DNA of 64,000 nucleotides, from NCBI GenBank assembly GCA_951406725.2, contig OX597816.1:50778001-50842000 (forward strand), read 5' to 3'. The DNA comes from Octopus vulgaris. Lineage: Eukaryota. Shown one piece after another: positions 38,166-51,482 of the stretch. The notes beneath the pieces were generated by a model. That model did not search any database. It was not told the origin of the DNA and was given only the letters and a program-made list of their open reading frames with translations. The stretch's first letter is position 1, and each line of letters begins with the position of its first letter. The position numbers and the translations under genes are program-made.

Positions 38166-40446
38166 CACAGACCCAAAATAAGAAAACAAAAATTATAAAC
38201 CTCTCCAGCAAAACACTGACACCAACCCAAATCAACATCCTAGTAAGAGGTTTGAAATTCACACCCACCCCAAGAACACCCAACCCCCCGGAGGTCAAGG
38301 ATGACGTTTCTGAATTCTGCAGAAAACTTCGCCTAACAGAAGCTTTGACAGATATCAACAATGGGGACGATTCATTGATCAGAAATAAAAGTAACTTCCT
38401 ACCACCAAAAGGGAGAAATAAAACACTGGACGATTTCTGCAAACACATCCAGAGTCTCCCGTTTACCCCAAGCAAAACCAAGGTAAAATCCAATTTCAGT
38501 AAGGAAGAATGGGAAAACCTACGTGACATACAACTGGATAAAAACCTCACCATCAAAGAATCGGACAAAGGGAGTGCTGTGGTTCTTATGGACACGGAAT
38601 TTTATAAACACCTAGTGTTTTCCATGCTTAACAATAACATTTTCTATGAGGTTATTAACAACTACAAACAGCAAAAAACAATCAGAAACCTCACCACACT
38701 CATACGCCAACACGGTCAGGGATTCACAGAAAAAGAAAGGGATTATATCACCATTTTCAAATGCAAGCCCAGCCTTTTTTATTGCCTTCCTAAAATCCAT
38801 AAAAACAAATACATCACCGAAACCTGCAAACTCTCCACTGACATCCACATCAACATCAAAGCACCAGAGGACCTAAAACTAAGGCCCATCGTGGCTGGTA
38901 CCTCCTGTGAAACACACCGCCTGAGTAACTTCCTAGACATCCTTTTGAAACCTTTCCTTACCCACATCAAAAGTTTCATTAGGGATGATCTGGACATGCT
39001 CAAACACCTCCCGAAAACAGTTAACGAGGAGGCACTCCTGGTATCCTTTGATGTCATCAACCTCTACACCAACATTCCACATGAGTATGGTATAGAGGCA
39101 ATTGACTTCTGGCTAGAAAAACACCCAGAGACATTTCCTGACCGTATTAACAAGTCTTTTATTACAGAATCTCTCAAGTTCATTCTGACAAACAATTTAT
39201 TTCTCTTCGACGACACACACTACCGTCAAAAATGTGGCATTGCGATGGGTACCAAGGCTGCACCAGTCCTTGCGAACCTCATAATGGGTTACTTCGAACT
39301 GTCACTCTATGAAATATCAAGCCAGAAATTTGGACATGTTTTCCACACCTACCTAATGGAAAACTGGAAAAGGTATTTAGATGATTGTTTCATCATATGG
39401 AAAGAACCTTATGAAAAACTCCTGGAATTCAAAACCATACTAAACAACATACATCCCAACATCCAATTCACTATGGAATTAAGCAAACATCATCTCCCAT
39501 TCCTTGATCTCCTAATTATAAAAACACCTAAGAACGAAATCATAACAGACATCAACCACAAACCTACAGACTCACAACAATACCTCCTCTTTAGTTCATG
39601 CCACCCAAAACACACCAAGACAAATATCCCTTTCAATTTAGCTAAAAGGGTATGCACCATTGTCTCGGATCCAAAAACACGAGAAATACGCCTTCAAGAC
39701 CTCAAAAAAAAACACTATTACAACGTCAATATCCCTCCACCCTTATAGAGTATGGAATAAAACGCGCCAAAGAACTAGACAACACTACACTGAAAACTAC
39801 CCAACCTAACACCACACACAACCTCAAAATACTTCCATACATTTCCACCCACAACCCCCAAAATATCGAAGCATACACCACAATCATACAAAACCTCAGT
39901 CTACTGTCAACAGACCCAAAAATGAAAAACATTATAAATACACACAAAATCCTCAAATGCAAAAGGCAACACGAATCTTTAAAAAAACTCTTGACAAATG
40001 CCAAACTTCACACACCACATCCACCCCCAACAGTAAAAAAATGTGCACGCTCAAACTGTGGTACCTGCCCCTTTCTACTTGAAGGCTCTGAATTTACCTT
40101 CAAACAAGGTACGAAATTTAAAATCAAGACTAACTTCTCCTGTTCCTCCGAGAACCTTATCTACGTTCTCACATGCGCTGGTTGCCAACATAATTATGTT
40201 GGACAAACGAGTCTCCCGTTACGTAAACGAGTAACGGTGCATAAAGAACAAATAAATCTCCCGGAATACCGACAAATTCCACTGAGTGACCACTTAGACT
40301 CATGTGCTAAAGACTTAAACCCCAAATTCTATATATTCCCCTTCTACCAATGTAAAGACGGGATCACCACACAGGAGAGAATTAACAAGGAGAATCTCTT
40401 TATTGAAAAATTCCAAACACAACTTAATATGCAAACTCCTCGTTGA
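38096..40446 (+). pseudogene. PLE-2 RT plus GIY-YIG endonuclease, one A-run frameshift at ~39704-39712
   Basis: IINLS..LVRGLKFTPTP, IKESDKG, LPKIHK, LRPIV, SFDVINLYTNIP, GIAMG, KRYLDDCF, LPFLD, CARSNCGTC, LIYVLTCAGC..YVGQT; frame open from 38096 with no ATG before the conserved N-terminal domain. Confidence 0.93.
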
Positions 40447-41074
40447 TCAAACTTCCTATCTCTACTTCACTCTTCATGGATAGACTAACACAAATATATA
40501 AAGATACCATGCATTCATCACTTCAAGCTAAAACTTATATTCTTTAAATATCAATTTTACTATTGTTGTTATTACTATCATTTTTATTATAAATGATATG
40601 ACAATTTGAAATGCAATTGTCTATGCAGATTTATATAATTAGAAAATAATATAAATAAAGTGTTAAAATCTGAAAGTTAAGTTAACAAGCAATTATATAA
40701 AAAAGATAACGCAAATGAAGCTAAAATGATAATTTTATAATTTGGGTTTTATTGAAGAACTCAAAAGAGTTGTCTCCCCTTACTCACAACACAGGAACTG
40801 AAGAACCAGGACCACAATTACTACTACCTCCTGTCCTGCAAACATGCTGAATTTAACAACACAACACATGCTCTTAATCCCTTTGGATCTTAACACCTCA
40901 AGGTAATTTTTTCGTAAACAACCATAAAACTCAAGATACACAACGAACTCACAATGTATCGGAGAACTTATTTTTTAATTTTTGTACATTTTTATCATTA
41001 TTCTTTTACAAAAAACAATGCAATTTTCTTTTTTTCCCCTTTCTAATTTTTAAAAAAACTTTTTAAAACATAAA

Positions 41075-41115
41075 TATTCTTGACAAGTCATACAATGACG
41101 AAAACCGGTTGAATA
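41075..41115 (+). ncRNA. Variant hammerhead-like motif (PLE-2 3' end)
   Basis: TATTC-TTGACAA-GTCAT aca ATGAC-GAAA-ACCGGT-T-GAATA; perfect stems I and II, palindromic stem III. Confidence 0.65.
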
Positions 41116-41262
41116 AATATATATTTATATATTTTATCAATTTCTCATTTTATTAAAAAATTTTTCTTTCATTTGAGCATTCTGCATTTTAAAAAAATTT
41201 TTCGTTACTTATCATTTCTCCACGTGCGGTCAACACAACACCACCATTTATTGATCTCTCTA

Positions 41263-41324
<62 letters not shown>

Positions 41325-42485
41325 TATATATATTCAGACACTTGGAATCTCGCCTTACAGCTTTGTATCCTATGTGCATCTGAGATCTGAGCTTTAATTA
41401 TTGCTTATATTAACATTACAAACTCTGACGGATCACTGACTCCCTATATATGATAGCTTCAGTGACCTTTTCGTCTCGAACAATTATTAGAAATTATGAT
41501 AGTCTATTGCTATTTTATTCAACCAAATGCGATTGGTTAATTTTCTGCCATTTCATTTGATTTTATGTCACGTTACCTCTAAATACTTTGGGGTAAATAT
41601 GGCTTTTCACATATTGGATGTCACACATTGAAAGAGTTTCACACTTTAAGAGATAAACATTCAGTTAGTCATGAACATTAATACTTTGTTACATTATACA
41701 TGTCCATTGCCTCATCTTATATTAAGAGATGACGCAGGAGGCACGTGTTTTTTTAAAATATCCATTGAGTGTTTTTTGCACGCAATAACTGAATTTATCA
41801 CATATTCCCCTGCAGAAACACAAATATCTGTGATATTGAGCCAAAACGTTCACCCCACTAAAGTCTTATATTTTACTTTTGCTTTTAAGGAAAAATGACG
41901 GTTTGTACTGAAGCCTCCGCAGAGCCGATAGGGCTGATGACTACATTCATGAATAGAAGTATAATTGTATTCATGTATAGCCACACATACACATTTCCAC
42001 ACACGTATTTATTAGTATTAAAATGTCTTCACAAAGAATACGTATGTCATAACATCTGAATACATTGCAAGTGGAAATAAATGCAAACAATAATTGTACA
42101 TGCATGTGTGAGAGCTTCAGAATTATTGTTATCAGTTTCCGAGACGCAACGTATTAGAAATATAAATACTGAATTGATACAAATTAATACAGATTTGATA
42201 AAAATGTGAATTACTTTAAATAATATATAATTTTGAGATTTTAAGTTTTACTTCATGCAGGTGGGAGCAGTCATCCATAGTTCATTCGCACAGCAGATAA
42301 TGCATTTTTGAGATCCTAATATTTCAGCTAGCTCCACTTATTATAGGTTTCTGCTCAAACATCAACGTACAGAGCAGCACAATTTCCTTTCTATTTATAT
42401 CATTCATGTTAAAAGGATTATGTGAGTATAGAATTTTATGAGCATCTGATTTTCAGAAATGTATTGCATGTTATGATTAAATATT

Positions 42486-42595
<110 letters not shown>

Positions 42596-43016
42596 TTCCT
42601 GATATGTTAAACTTTCGTATGTCCAAATTTGGCCAAATGCCCTTTTCATTTTCACTATTTAATTTTGCTTGCAATAACCGGTTCTTTAGGTCGTACGAAC
42701 GTATTTCCAGCTGATTCAAACACCAAGATACAAAAATTGCCAAAGTGTTGTGCAATAGTTAACATTCTTTTTTTTAAAGTGTACTAAGTCCCAAATACGA
42801 GAGTGTTCAGTTTTCTAAAGTTTTTCAGTTTTGTAAAGATTTTTCTGACTGAAAAATTCATGCACACCTGGAGTTATGATTTTTATCCAACGAACAATGT
42901 ATTCAGCGGAGACTGTTTCTAATGTAAAAAGAAATTGCATGGTGAAACTATTTCGTTTTCTGAAAAAGCAACATTTTGGACTAACGACACTTTTGCAAAA
43001 TAGCAACTATTAATAC

Positions 43017-43112
<96 letters not shown>

Positions 43113-43253
43113 TAATATATATATATATATACATATATATACATGTATATATATATATGTATATATTGTACACATGTATATATGTATATGCAATTTATGC
43201 ATATCTCAATATATAATGTTATAATGTATGTGTAATTCTGTGTGTGCATATAT

Positions 43254-43292
<39 letters not shown>

Positions 43293-44299
43293 CGTGAAGG
43301 TGTGCACGCATGCGTAAGTCATATAAACACATGGTTTTATGATTCAGCACTCAGAAAGTGAAGTTTACATTTATTCTGATAATATTTGATATAAAACTTT
43401 CAAAGGGATTACATCGTAAATATATCTGAAGTTGAACATAACTTGCAATCGTTATTCAGGATCTCACTCCAGTGTATTAGATCAGTTCTGCGTTCAAATA
43501 ATTTTAAGGCAAATAACGAAACATTTTTGGAATAATATAGGATATTCTACTTCTCTAAAACACGATTAAGTGAAAAGAAAAACGACTGTTTGCACAGAAT
43601 TAATCATATAACATGAACATCAGCTCACATACTGACAAACATTTCGAAGTGGTTTGTGCACATGTTCTTATTGATATAACTATAAAATTGTTAAATGCTC
43701 TAAATGAACAAGTGATAGCGTGGTATTTCCGTAGTTTATTGAATAATGAACATTTTCTAATAATTATATATAAAGTAAATATCATATTTTGTTCCAAATT
43801 TAACCTTTGAAGCCACAGACCGCACATTCTTTCATCTCTTTCTCTGAAGTCTCCAAACTGCTTTTCCCGATTTCTCTATTAAATATCGTGCTTACAATAA
43901 CGGCCTAAAGCATAATGCTAAATGAACATAAACATATTGATCATGGCCCTTTGGTTTTATTGCCTCTCCTACGTACTTTTTGTCTAGGACGTGGTCATTT
44001 ACACAATATTAAATCAGGAATGAATGTGGTAGGCGGAAACAACACAATGGGATGTTATGCGTATGTTTGTGTGCACTCACACACACATTCACACATATAT
44101 GTGAGTATGTGAGTGTGTTTGTGTGCGTATGTGATCGCGTGATTGTATGTGTGTGTATGTGTGTGCTTTTGCGAGTACCTCTTTGCGTTTGTGTTTGTCT
44201 CTCAATGGTGTACAAATAATGAACATTAGAATATCACATGGAAAAGAGAGAAATCATTTTAAAATACTAGATTTCAAAGTAAGAAACCGGGACGATTTG

Positions 44300-44960
44300 A
44301 TCGCCTGAACACTTCAAGTAGTTGTCCCAGCATTGATGTAGTCTAATTGCTGTAGCAAAAGGGTAACTAATACCAATTATGTCATATATATCAATCTTGA
44401 CGAGGTTTTCACAATATTCCAGTTGCTTACTTGAATAGACATACATCTGAATCTGAATGGCTCGAAAATACTGACGCATTCAGCATTTAAGCCCACATCC
44501 GCGAACACAGACTCTGCTGGATAGAACACCTGATTCGACGAGATGGTTACAGAATCCCCAAATAAATCCATTATAATGGACTAATTTCTGGTATGAAATC
44601 ACTGTATAAGTGACAGGTTTTATGGATTGTACGAAAACCTCTCTGAAACCATGCAAGATGGAATCTATTGAGATATTTCAGTGGAGGACAGAATTAACTG
44701 GTGTTCGAAAATATTGTGTCACCTGAGAAGTTTTAGGGAAGCTAAATAAGATTCGAATTATGCAAAACGAACAGTCAGGATTACAGAATATATGGATCCA
44801 GCAGTCTAAAGATTTCAGTGAGATGAATGGGTCTAGAACTGACTTTAGTAGTCACCAACGCAAACAATCTGAGAGGCCCCAAACTAAATACAAAGGGAAA
44901 ATTCCTTACCAAACATACCACAATTTATGCGGGAAAGAATTTTCCCATGCTTTGTAAACA
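44300..44960 (+). mobile_element. Decayed RTE-type LINE 3' fragment
   Basis: Translation RLCWIEHLIRRDGYRIPK*IHYNGLISG resembles the RTE C-terminal LRWxGHxxRMxxxRxPKxxxxGxL motif. Confidence 0.55.
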
Positions 44961-45756
44961 TGTAATACGAGTTCGTAAACCCCTCTACCTGAACACTTGA
45001 ATATATATCTGCATTCCCATGCATGTAGACGCTTCTTACCATATCCACCTGTGTCGGCTATATTTTCGGCTATATTTGGTCGGCTATATATGGTCGGCTA
45101 TATTTTCATGTAATACGGGGTTATAGCGGTACTGAGAACAACGATTTACGTGCTGATGGCTTACGAAAGGCGCACACACGTAGGAAAACAACCCGACGTA
45201 TGCACAGCACCTAGAACAATTAAGTGGGTAATACATCGTATGCATCATCTACGAATGCGGACCGAGTAGGACTATTAATATACAAGAATGGATGTTCTTA
45301 CATAATGTTTTTTCCGTAATCTACCGTTGTTTTGTAAATACTCACAAACTAATACACTTATGTGCGACAGTGCGATATGCATGTCATCAGTATGTACAAG
45401 AAATGTAATTTAAAAGCGATCAGTTGCAGTAGGGTATAATAATGCGTAGGAATTCGATGATGTGTGTATGTGCGATAAGCACGCCTAGATATAAACGTAT
45501 ATGCATGTTTCTGAGTATGTTTGTGTGTGCTGTTATATGCTTACATGTGTGTAGATATTTTGATTGGGCGTTGTATGTTTGAGTGTACGTGATGTGAGTG
45601 GTTATGACATAAGGGATGTTAATGCGTGCCAGTGATAGAGTGATTATAGAAGAGGTGTTATATATCACCCACCACAAAACACATTATATCAGGAAGCTGA
45701 ATTTCTGAAGCTGACTCTATAAACTTGTCATTGACCTGACCACTTGTTTGCTTTAC

Positions 45757-46064
45757 CTGTGATTTATGACAATAGCGGCTTCTACACTTGTCGATATTCT
45801 TATCATTAAAATAATTATTATTATTATCATTGTCACTATCGCTGAAGCTAACGTCGTTTTTGTGGCGAATCCTTTGTCGACCGCCAGACATCACTACAAA
45901 CATATGTTGGGGGTTTTTTCTGCACTTCTCTGCATTGTATATGCACGGGAATAACTGTGAGCGTGGGTAAGGTCGTGGTTCTGGCATCTCTATCTTCAAA
46001 GTACAAACAACTTCTACACTCCTACCGTGTACCGCCACTCGATCGATGATAATAATTTCCAAGA
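45757..46064 (-). CDS. Candidate host-gene exon, possibly encoding a signal peptide from ATG at 45830
   Basis: Acceptor TTTTTTTTATACTACATACAG, donor CAG/GTAAAG; one frame is fully open, another gives MIIIIIILMIRISTSVEA-AIVINH. Confidence 0.35.
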
Positions 46065-46558
46065 CTGTATGTAGTATAAAAAAATTTCTATATTTTGTTG
46101 GTCTGAATTGACTCGAAACCTATGATTTGATGTGAGGATTTTTGAACCTAGTACTGACTGGGAATTTTGGGTTACAGGTCGCCCTTACAAGGCATATATA
46201 TATATAAAAAAAAAATATATATATATATATATGTACAGTATATATATACAGTGTATATCCTGTTTCTCTTTCACACGGAAAAAATAAAATAAGCATAAAA
46301 AGGGGAGTCAGTAGGGTTAACAGTCACTCAAGAGGTTACCGAATGCGTGACAAAAGAGCATTGACGATGAAACAAAAACTATAATACTAAAACAGCTGGA
46401 TTGAAGAGCAAATATATAGTGCGTTGCGTGTTCAATTGGCAAAATATGACCACCCAGAATCATGAAAACATATATATGCACGTATGTATATATGTATGCA
46501 TGCAAAAATGAATGTATGTCTGAATACAGACACAAATACACACATATATATATACATA

Positions 46559-46640
<82 letters not shown>

Positions 46641-46643
<3 letters not shown>

Positions 46644-46857
46644 CGCCATGTTAGATCGTTAGCTCCTACACGCATTTTATTTCTCTCCTTGTTTCTCTTT
46701 GTTTTTTTTCTTCTTCTGAGTATCTTTCTGTCGAAGAGCGTAGGCTCGAAAGGTAAAGGACATATTCTATTTCTATTCCTGAGCGCCATACTAATACATT
46801 TGTTTGTTTGTACTCCACCTACCTTTGTCTTTTGTTTATTTTCGTAAATCTTCCCGT

Positions 46858-46862
<5 letters not shown>
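46641..46862 (+). mobile_element. Short (~220 bp) (TA)n-flanked non-coding element with a hammerhead-like motif
   Basis: TCTTT-CTGTCGA-A-GAGC gtag GCTC-GAAA-GG-TA-AAGGA at 46723-46760; second copy at 14478-14710. Confidence 0.72.
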
Positions 46863-46912
<50 letters not shown>

Positions 46913-47373
46913 GTAAGTATATATATGCTGAAATACATGCATATGTGTACAATTAAATATATTCGTTTATATATACACGTATGTAGGGAGGCTCATTAAT
47001 CTTTATAAATATATACATAAACAATCGCATAATGGTAAACATTCATATTATTCATGACACACACTAGTTTTTGTTAATATGATGGCTAAATATCTAATAA
47101 AAAATATGTGGGATCTCACAGAATAAGTTGTTTTGGAAAACTAAATTGCCATCAGAAGATTATTTATTGTTTTCGTAATATGGTCTACGATATTAATAAG
47201 AACATCTGCAATTTTTGAAAATTGATATAATGGATGAATATGATTTTACAGCTATTCAAGTGACAGAAACGAGTGATTCCTTACTCAGAGAAAAAACGTA
47301 AACAGACAACCAGAGGCACACAAAGGCAAACACACGCACGTAGACACATACGCACACATGTGCACTCACGGAC

Positions 47374-47416
<43 letters not shown>

Positions 47417-47476
47417 TATACTTACAGGTACATAGATATTCATATATATATGCATATATAAACATGCATATCGGTT

Positions 47477-47511
<35 letters not shown>

Positions 47512-48051
47512 ATATATACATATTTTATTTATTTATTTCCGTATGCACATTTGTGTTTATGTATTTATGTATATGCATGTGTACACTTACAGGCTTGCGT
47601 ATTTATATTAGTACATTTATATGCGTGTCTTCGTGTTTGTGTATGTATATTTACATGTATGTGCGTAAGGGTGTGTGCGCGTGTGTGTTTGTTTGTTTGT
47701 TTATATGCCGCTGCTTTACGTATTGTGAGGAAAGTGATATGAAGTCAAATACGAATCAGAGCTTGAAGAAGTAACAAACAGTAGATAACATAAATCTTCA
47801 TATTTCAAGACGTGGCCAACAGAAAATGCAAAACTTTAATATGGTAAACGTAAATATATAAAGAAATTGTTAAGAATAACAATATTTTGTATGATTAATA
47901 ATATATGATTATCTGACCAAAATAAGAAAGAGGATAACAGTGATTTTAAAATGAGATGTAAATGTCTAGGATTAAGAGCCAAGTGAAAATGGACGCGTAC
48001 ATACATATACACATATGCACATGCATATATATGTATATATATGCATATATA

Positions 48052-48102
<51 letters not shown>

Positions 48103-48219
48103 ATATCTATATCTATATATATGCATATATATGTATATATGTATATATATATGCATATATATGTGTATATATATATATATATATACATATGTATATATAT
48201 ATATACATATATATACATG

Positions 48220-48343
<124 letters not shown>

Positions 48344-48344
48344 C

Positions 48345-48541
48345 TATTTTACTTCTTTCGGTCATCTAACTGCGGTCATGGTTTAGACGAACAAATCGAC
48401 ACCAGGACTTATTCTTTGTAAGCCTTGTACTTATTTTATCGGTATCATTCGCCGAACTGGTAAGTTTCGGGGACGTTAACATAACAGCATCAGTTGTCAA
48501 GCAATGTTGGGGGGACAAAGACAAACACACTATATAGACAG

Positions 48542-48545
<4 letters not shown>
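48345..48545 (-). mobile_element. 3' half of SINE family A
   Basis: Aligns with 26320-26520. Confidence 0.75.
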
Positions 48546-48594
<49 letters not shown>

Positions 48595-49199
48595 TGCATA
48601 TATATATATATGTATATATATATAGACATATATACCCATATAGACATATATACACACATACAACATATGCATACATACACACAGTTATATGTGTGTGTTT
48701 ATCGATGTATTTATATTTCTTCGAACTCCTCTCTGTCTGTGTGCCTCTCTCTCTCTCTCACTTCCTCTCATATGCAAATACTACTATATATACACTCGAG
48801 GAGTTTTAAAAATAATTATATTAATTATGTAACACAGTGTGAAGTTAGTACAAAATGCGATAGGAAACAAAACATAGAAATTTTAGCAAACATAAATATA
48901 TAACCTGTTTATACATACCCACATTTTCCCACTCACATACGCTCATTTATATACACAAATGCACATACAAACACTCACATATGTAAGTGTGTGTATATCT
49001 GTTATCGTTTACTTGATGCTGTCGTTTGAGTGACGTTAATAATGTGACACTCTTAAGTCTAGTATTCAGCTTTTCAATGCCTGATATAAACTATATCAGT
49101 TCTTCTATCCGAGCAGCTAAGTTATATGTATGTATACCAGTAGTATATATCAATGGCACACAAATATATATAACCACACAAATGCATCAGAGAAGGGGA

Positions 49200-49473
49200 A
49201 CGAGGAGGAGAAGGAGGAGAAGAAGAAGAAGAAGAAGAAGAGAAAGAAGAAGGAAGAGCAGAAGAAGAAGAAGAAGAAGAAGAAGAAGAAGATGAAGGAG
49301 AAGGAGAAGAAGAAGGAGGATGAGGAGGAGAAGGAGGAGAATAAGAAAAACATAAAGGAGAAGAAGTAGAAGAAGAAGAAGAAGAAGAAGAAGAAGAAGA
49401 AGAAGAAGAAGAAGAAGAAGAAGAAGAAGAAGAAGAAGAAGAAGAAGAAGAAGAAGAAGAAGAAGAAGAAGAA
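49200..49473. repeat. (GAA)n/(GAG)n microsatellite
   Basis: Seen directly. Confidence 0.95.
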
Positions 49474-49889
49474 ATCGCTAACATCAAACGCGTAGTTTAC
49501 ATTGCAATGTTATATTTAATTATTTATATAATCAAATGTACAGAAATGGCGTCGTCAAAAATAATTGTGCCGTTGGTGATTTCTTTTACTTTTTGGGACG
49601 TTTCCCTCTCACTTTTCCGACAGGAAACCGTGTTGGACCTCTTAGCTCTTTCTTTTCACCGAGGGCCACACTTATACATACGTTTCTTCTGCACATTCTT
49701 TCGTTGCCAGTTTTTATTCATTCATTTGAATTGTTTGTTTATTTGAAGTGACTATTTACTTCACGCTCCGAAGGACGTCCCGCGACGTTCGGACTGATTT
49801 GGAGTACCTGATTCATAGATTTCTTATTCTATTCGTGGTTTACGTTAACGTTAAATTCATTTTTACGTCGTGACTTCTGCACATTTTAT

Positions 49890-49921
<32 letters not shown>

Positions 49922-50064
49922 TATAAAAGGAAATGAAGAAAATGCTGACAAATAATTGAAGTAATTTAAGTAATTTAATTAGGTGAAAGTTCTTTTTACC
50001 GGTTGCGCATTTGTTATGCTTATCAAAATATAAAAGAGAGATTAGAGTCTGTCTCTTATATGTG

Positions 50065-50270
50065 AAAAAAAGAGGCTCCAGAGTTGTTTTGGATTTGCTT
50101 GGTTTCGCGCCTAAAATTTTGATTGGTCATTATGAAGGGGTCACGTGAATGTTTGAATGGAAGTTGGTGTTGGGGTAAGAAAAAAGGCTCCAGAGAAGTT
50201 AAAATTTGGCTAGTGTCCCGCCTAAAATTTCTTATTGGCCATAATAAAGAGGTCACGTGAATGTTTAGAA
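50065..50270. promoter_or_regulatory. 112-bp tandem duplication with E2F-like, CCAAT and E-box motifs in the PLE-3 3' region
   Basis: TTTCGCGC 50103; ATTGG 50122 and 50234; GGTCACGTGA 50139 and 50251. Confidence 0.35.
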
Positions 50271-50745
50271 TTTTCGAAAATAGTGTTGTTGAAAATTCTT
50301 ATTGTTCAGGCTGGTCAGTAGACGTCATGTGGATATTTTAAATAGCTTTTTAGCGCGTAGTTAGGGAGTGTATTTTCCGCTTGACTGGATAAGTAAGTTC
50401 GTTTAGAACAGGGAGAGCTGTATGTATGTATGTGTGTGTGCGCGCGCGCGCGTGTGTGTTTATATGTATGTTGGGGCGCGCGCGCGTGTATATATGTGTG
50501 TGTGTGTGGGTACAATTTTCAATATTTATAGTTCTGCTGGCCTTGTGCCTGTATCGGGAAGCAACGTATTTGTGTGAAGTCAATATTTACAGCCATTTCC
50601 AAAAAATAGTGTTGGATGTTTTGCACCCGTATTCAATTATGTGTATGTGTGGAACCATATATTTGTGTGTGTCATGGTGTTAATATCTGGGTAAAGGTGT
50701 GTGTAGGGTGTGTGCAGGTGTAAGTGTGTTTGTTGTGGGTTCGTG

Positions 50746-50963
50746 TTAGGGGCATGTGTTTAGAAGTGGTCTGTATTTATTAATAAGGTGGGATTCCATG
50801 GTTATTCGCTGGGTATGAGTGGCATTGTCTTTAAATTTGTAGAGGGGAAAGATTCTAAAATTGGGATGGAGTTGTGCGGCACAGGTATCAATATGTGCAC
50901 TAAATGCTATTTTTCTATATTCCTGTATTTTTATTTGGGATCTGTGGACAGTCATGCGTTGGC
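50746..50963 (-). pseudogene. C-terminal part of PLE GIY-YIG endonuclease
   Basis: QRMTVHRSQIKIQEYRKIAFSAHIDTCA..FRIFPLY..RITMESHLINKYRPLLN aligns with the PLE-1 and PLE-2 C-termini. Confidence 0.85.
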
Positions 50964-51006
50964 ATATAATATATTTTTTCACATATAAGAGACAGACTCT
51001 AATCTC

Positions 51007-51053
51007 TCTTTTATATTTTGATAAGCATAACAAATGCGCAACCGGTAAAAAGA
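51007..51053 (+). ncRNA. Variant hammerhead-like motif (PLE-3; mirror copy at ~49991-50037, minus)
   Basis: TTGATAA-GCAT aacaa ATGC-GCAA-CCGG-T. Confidence 0.5.
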
Positions 51054-51150
51054 ACTTTCACCTAATTAAATTACTTAAATTACTTCAATTATTTGTCAGC
51101 ATTTTCTTCATTTCCTTTTTTATATATCACCACTCGTGTTCGACATCTCC

Positions 51151-51278
<128 letters not shown>

Positions 51279-51430
51279 TATTACATTAATATAAAAGGGC
51301 TTAGTAAAATAAATTACTTTGCCACATACTGAACTCATTAGAAATAGCAGCCCAAAAAGTTTTTTAGCTATTTCTAATACTTAAAGAAAATTTCTCTCAG
51401 ATAGTGCTTACTCGGAATAGTGCTTACTTG

Positions 51431-51480
<50 letters not shown>

Positions 51481-51482
<2 letters not shown>

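Larger units (their letters stand above)
36378..41255 (+). mobile_element. Penelope-like element PLE-2 (Neptune-like) with ~1.52-kb inverted 3' duplication
   Basis: 36378-37900 is the reverse complement of 39684-41207; flanked by (TA)n and (TC)n(TA)n. Confidence 0.95.
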
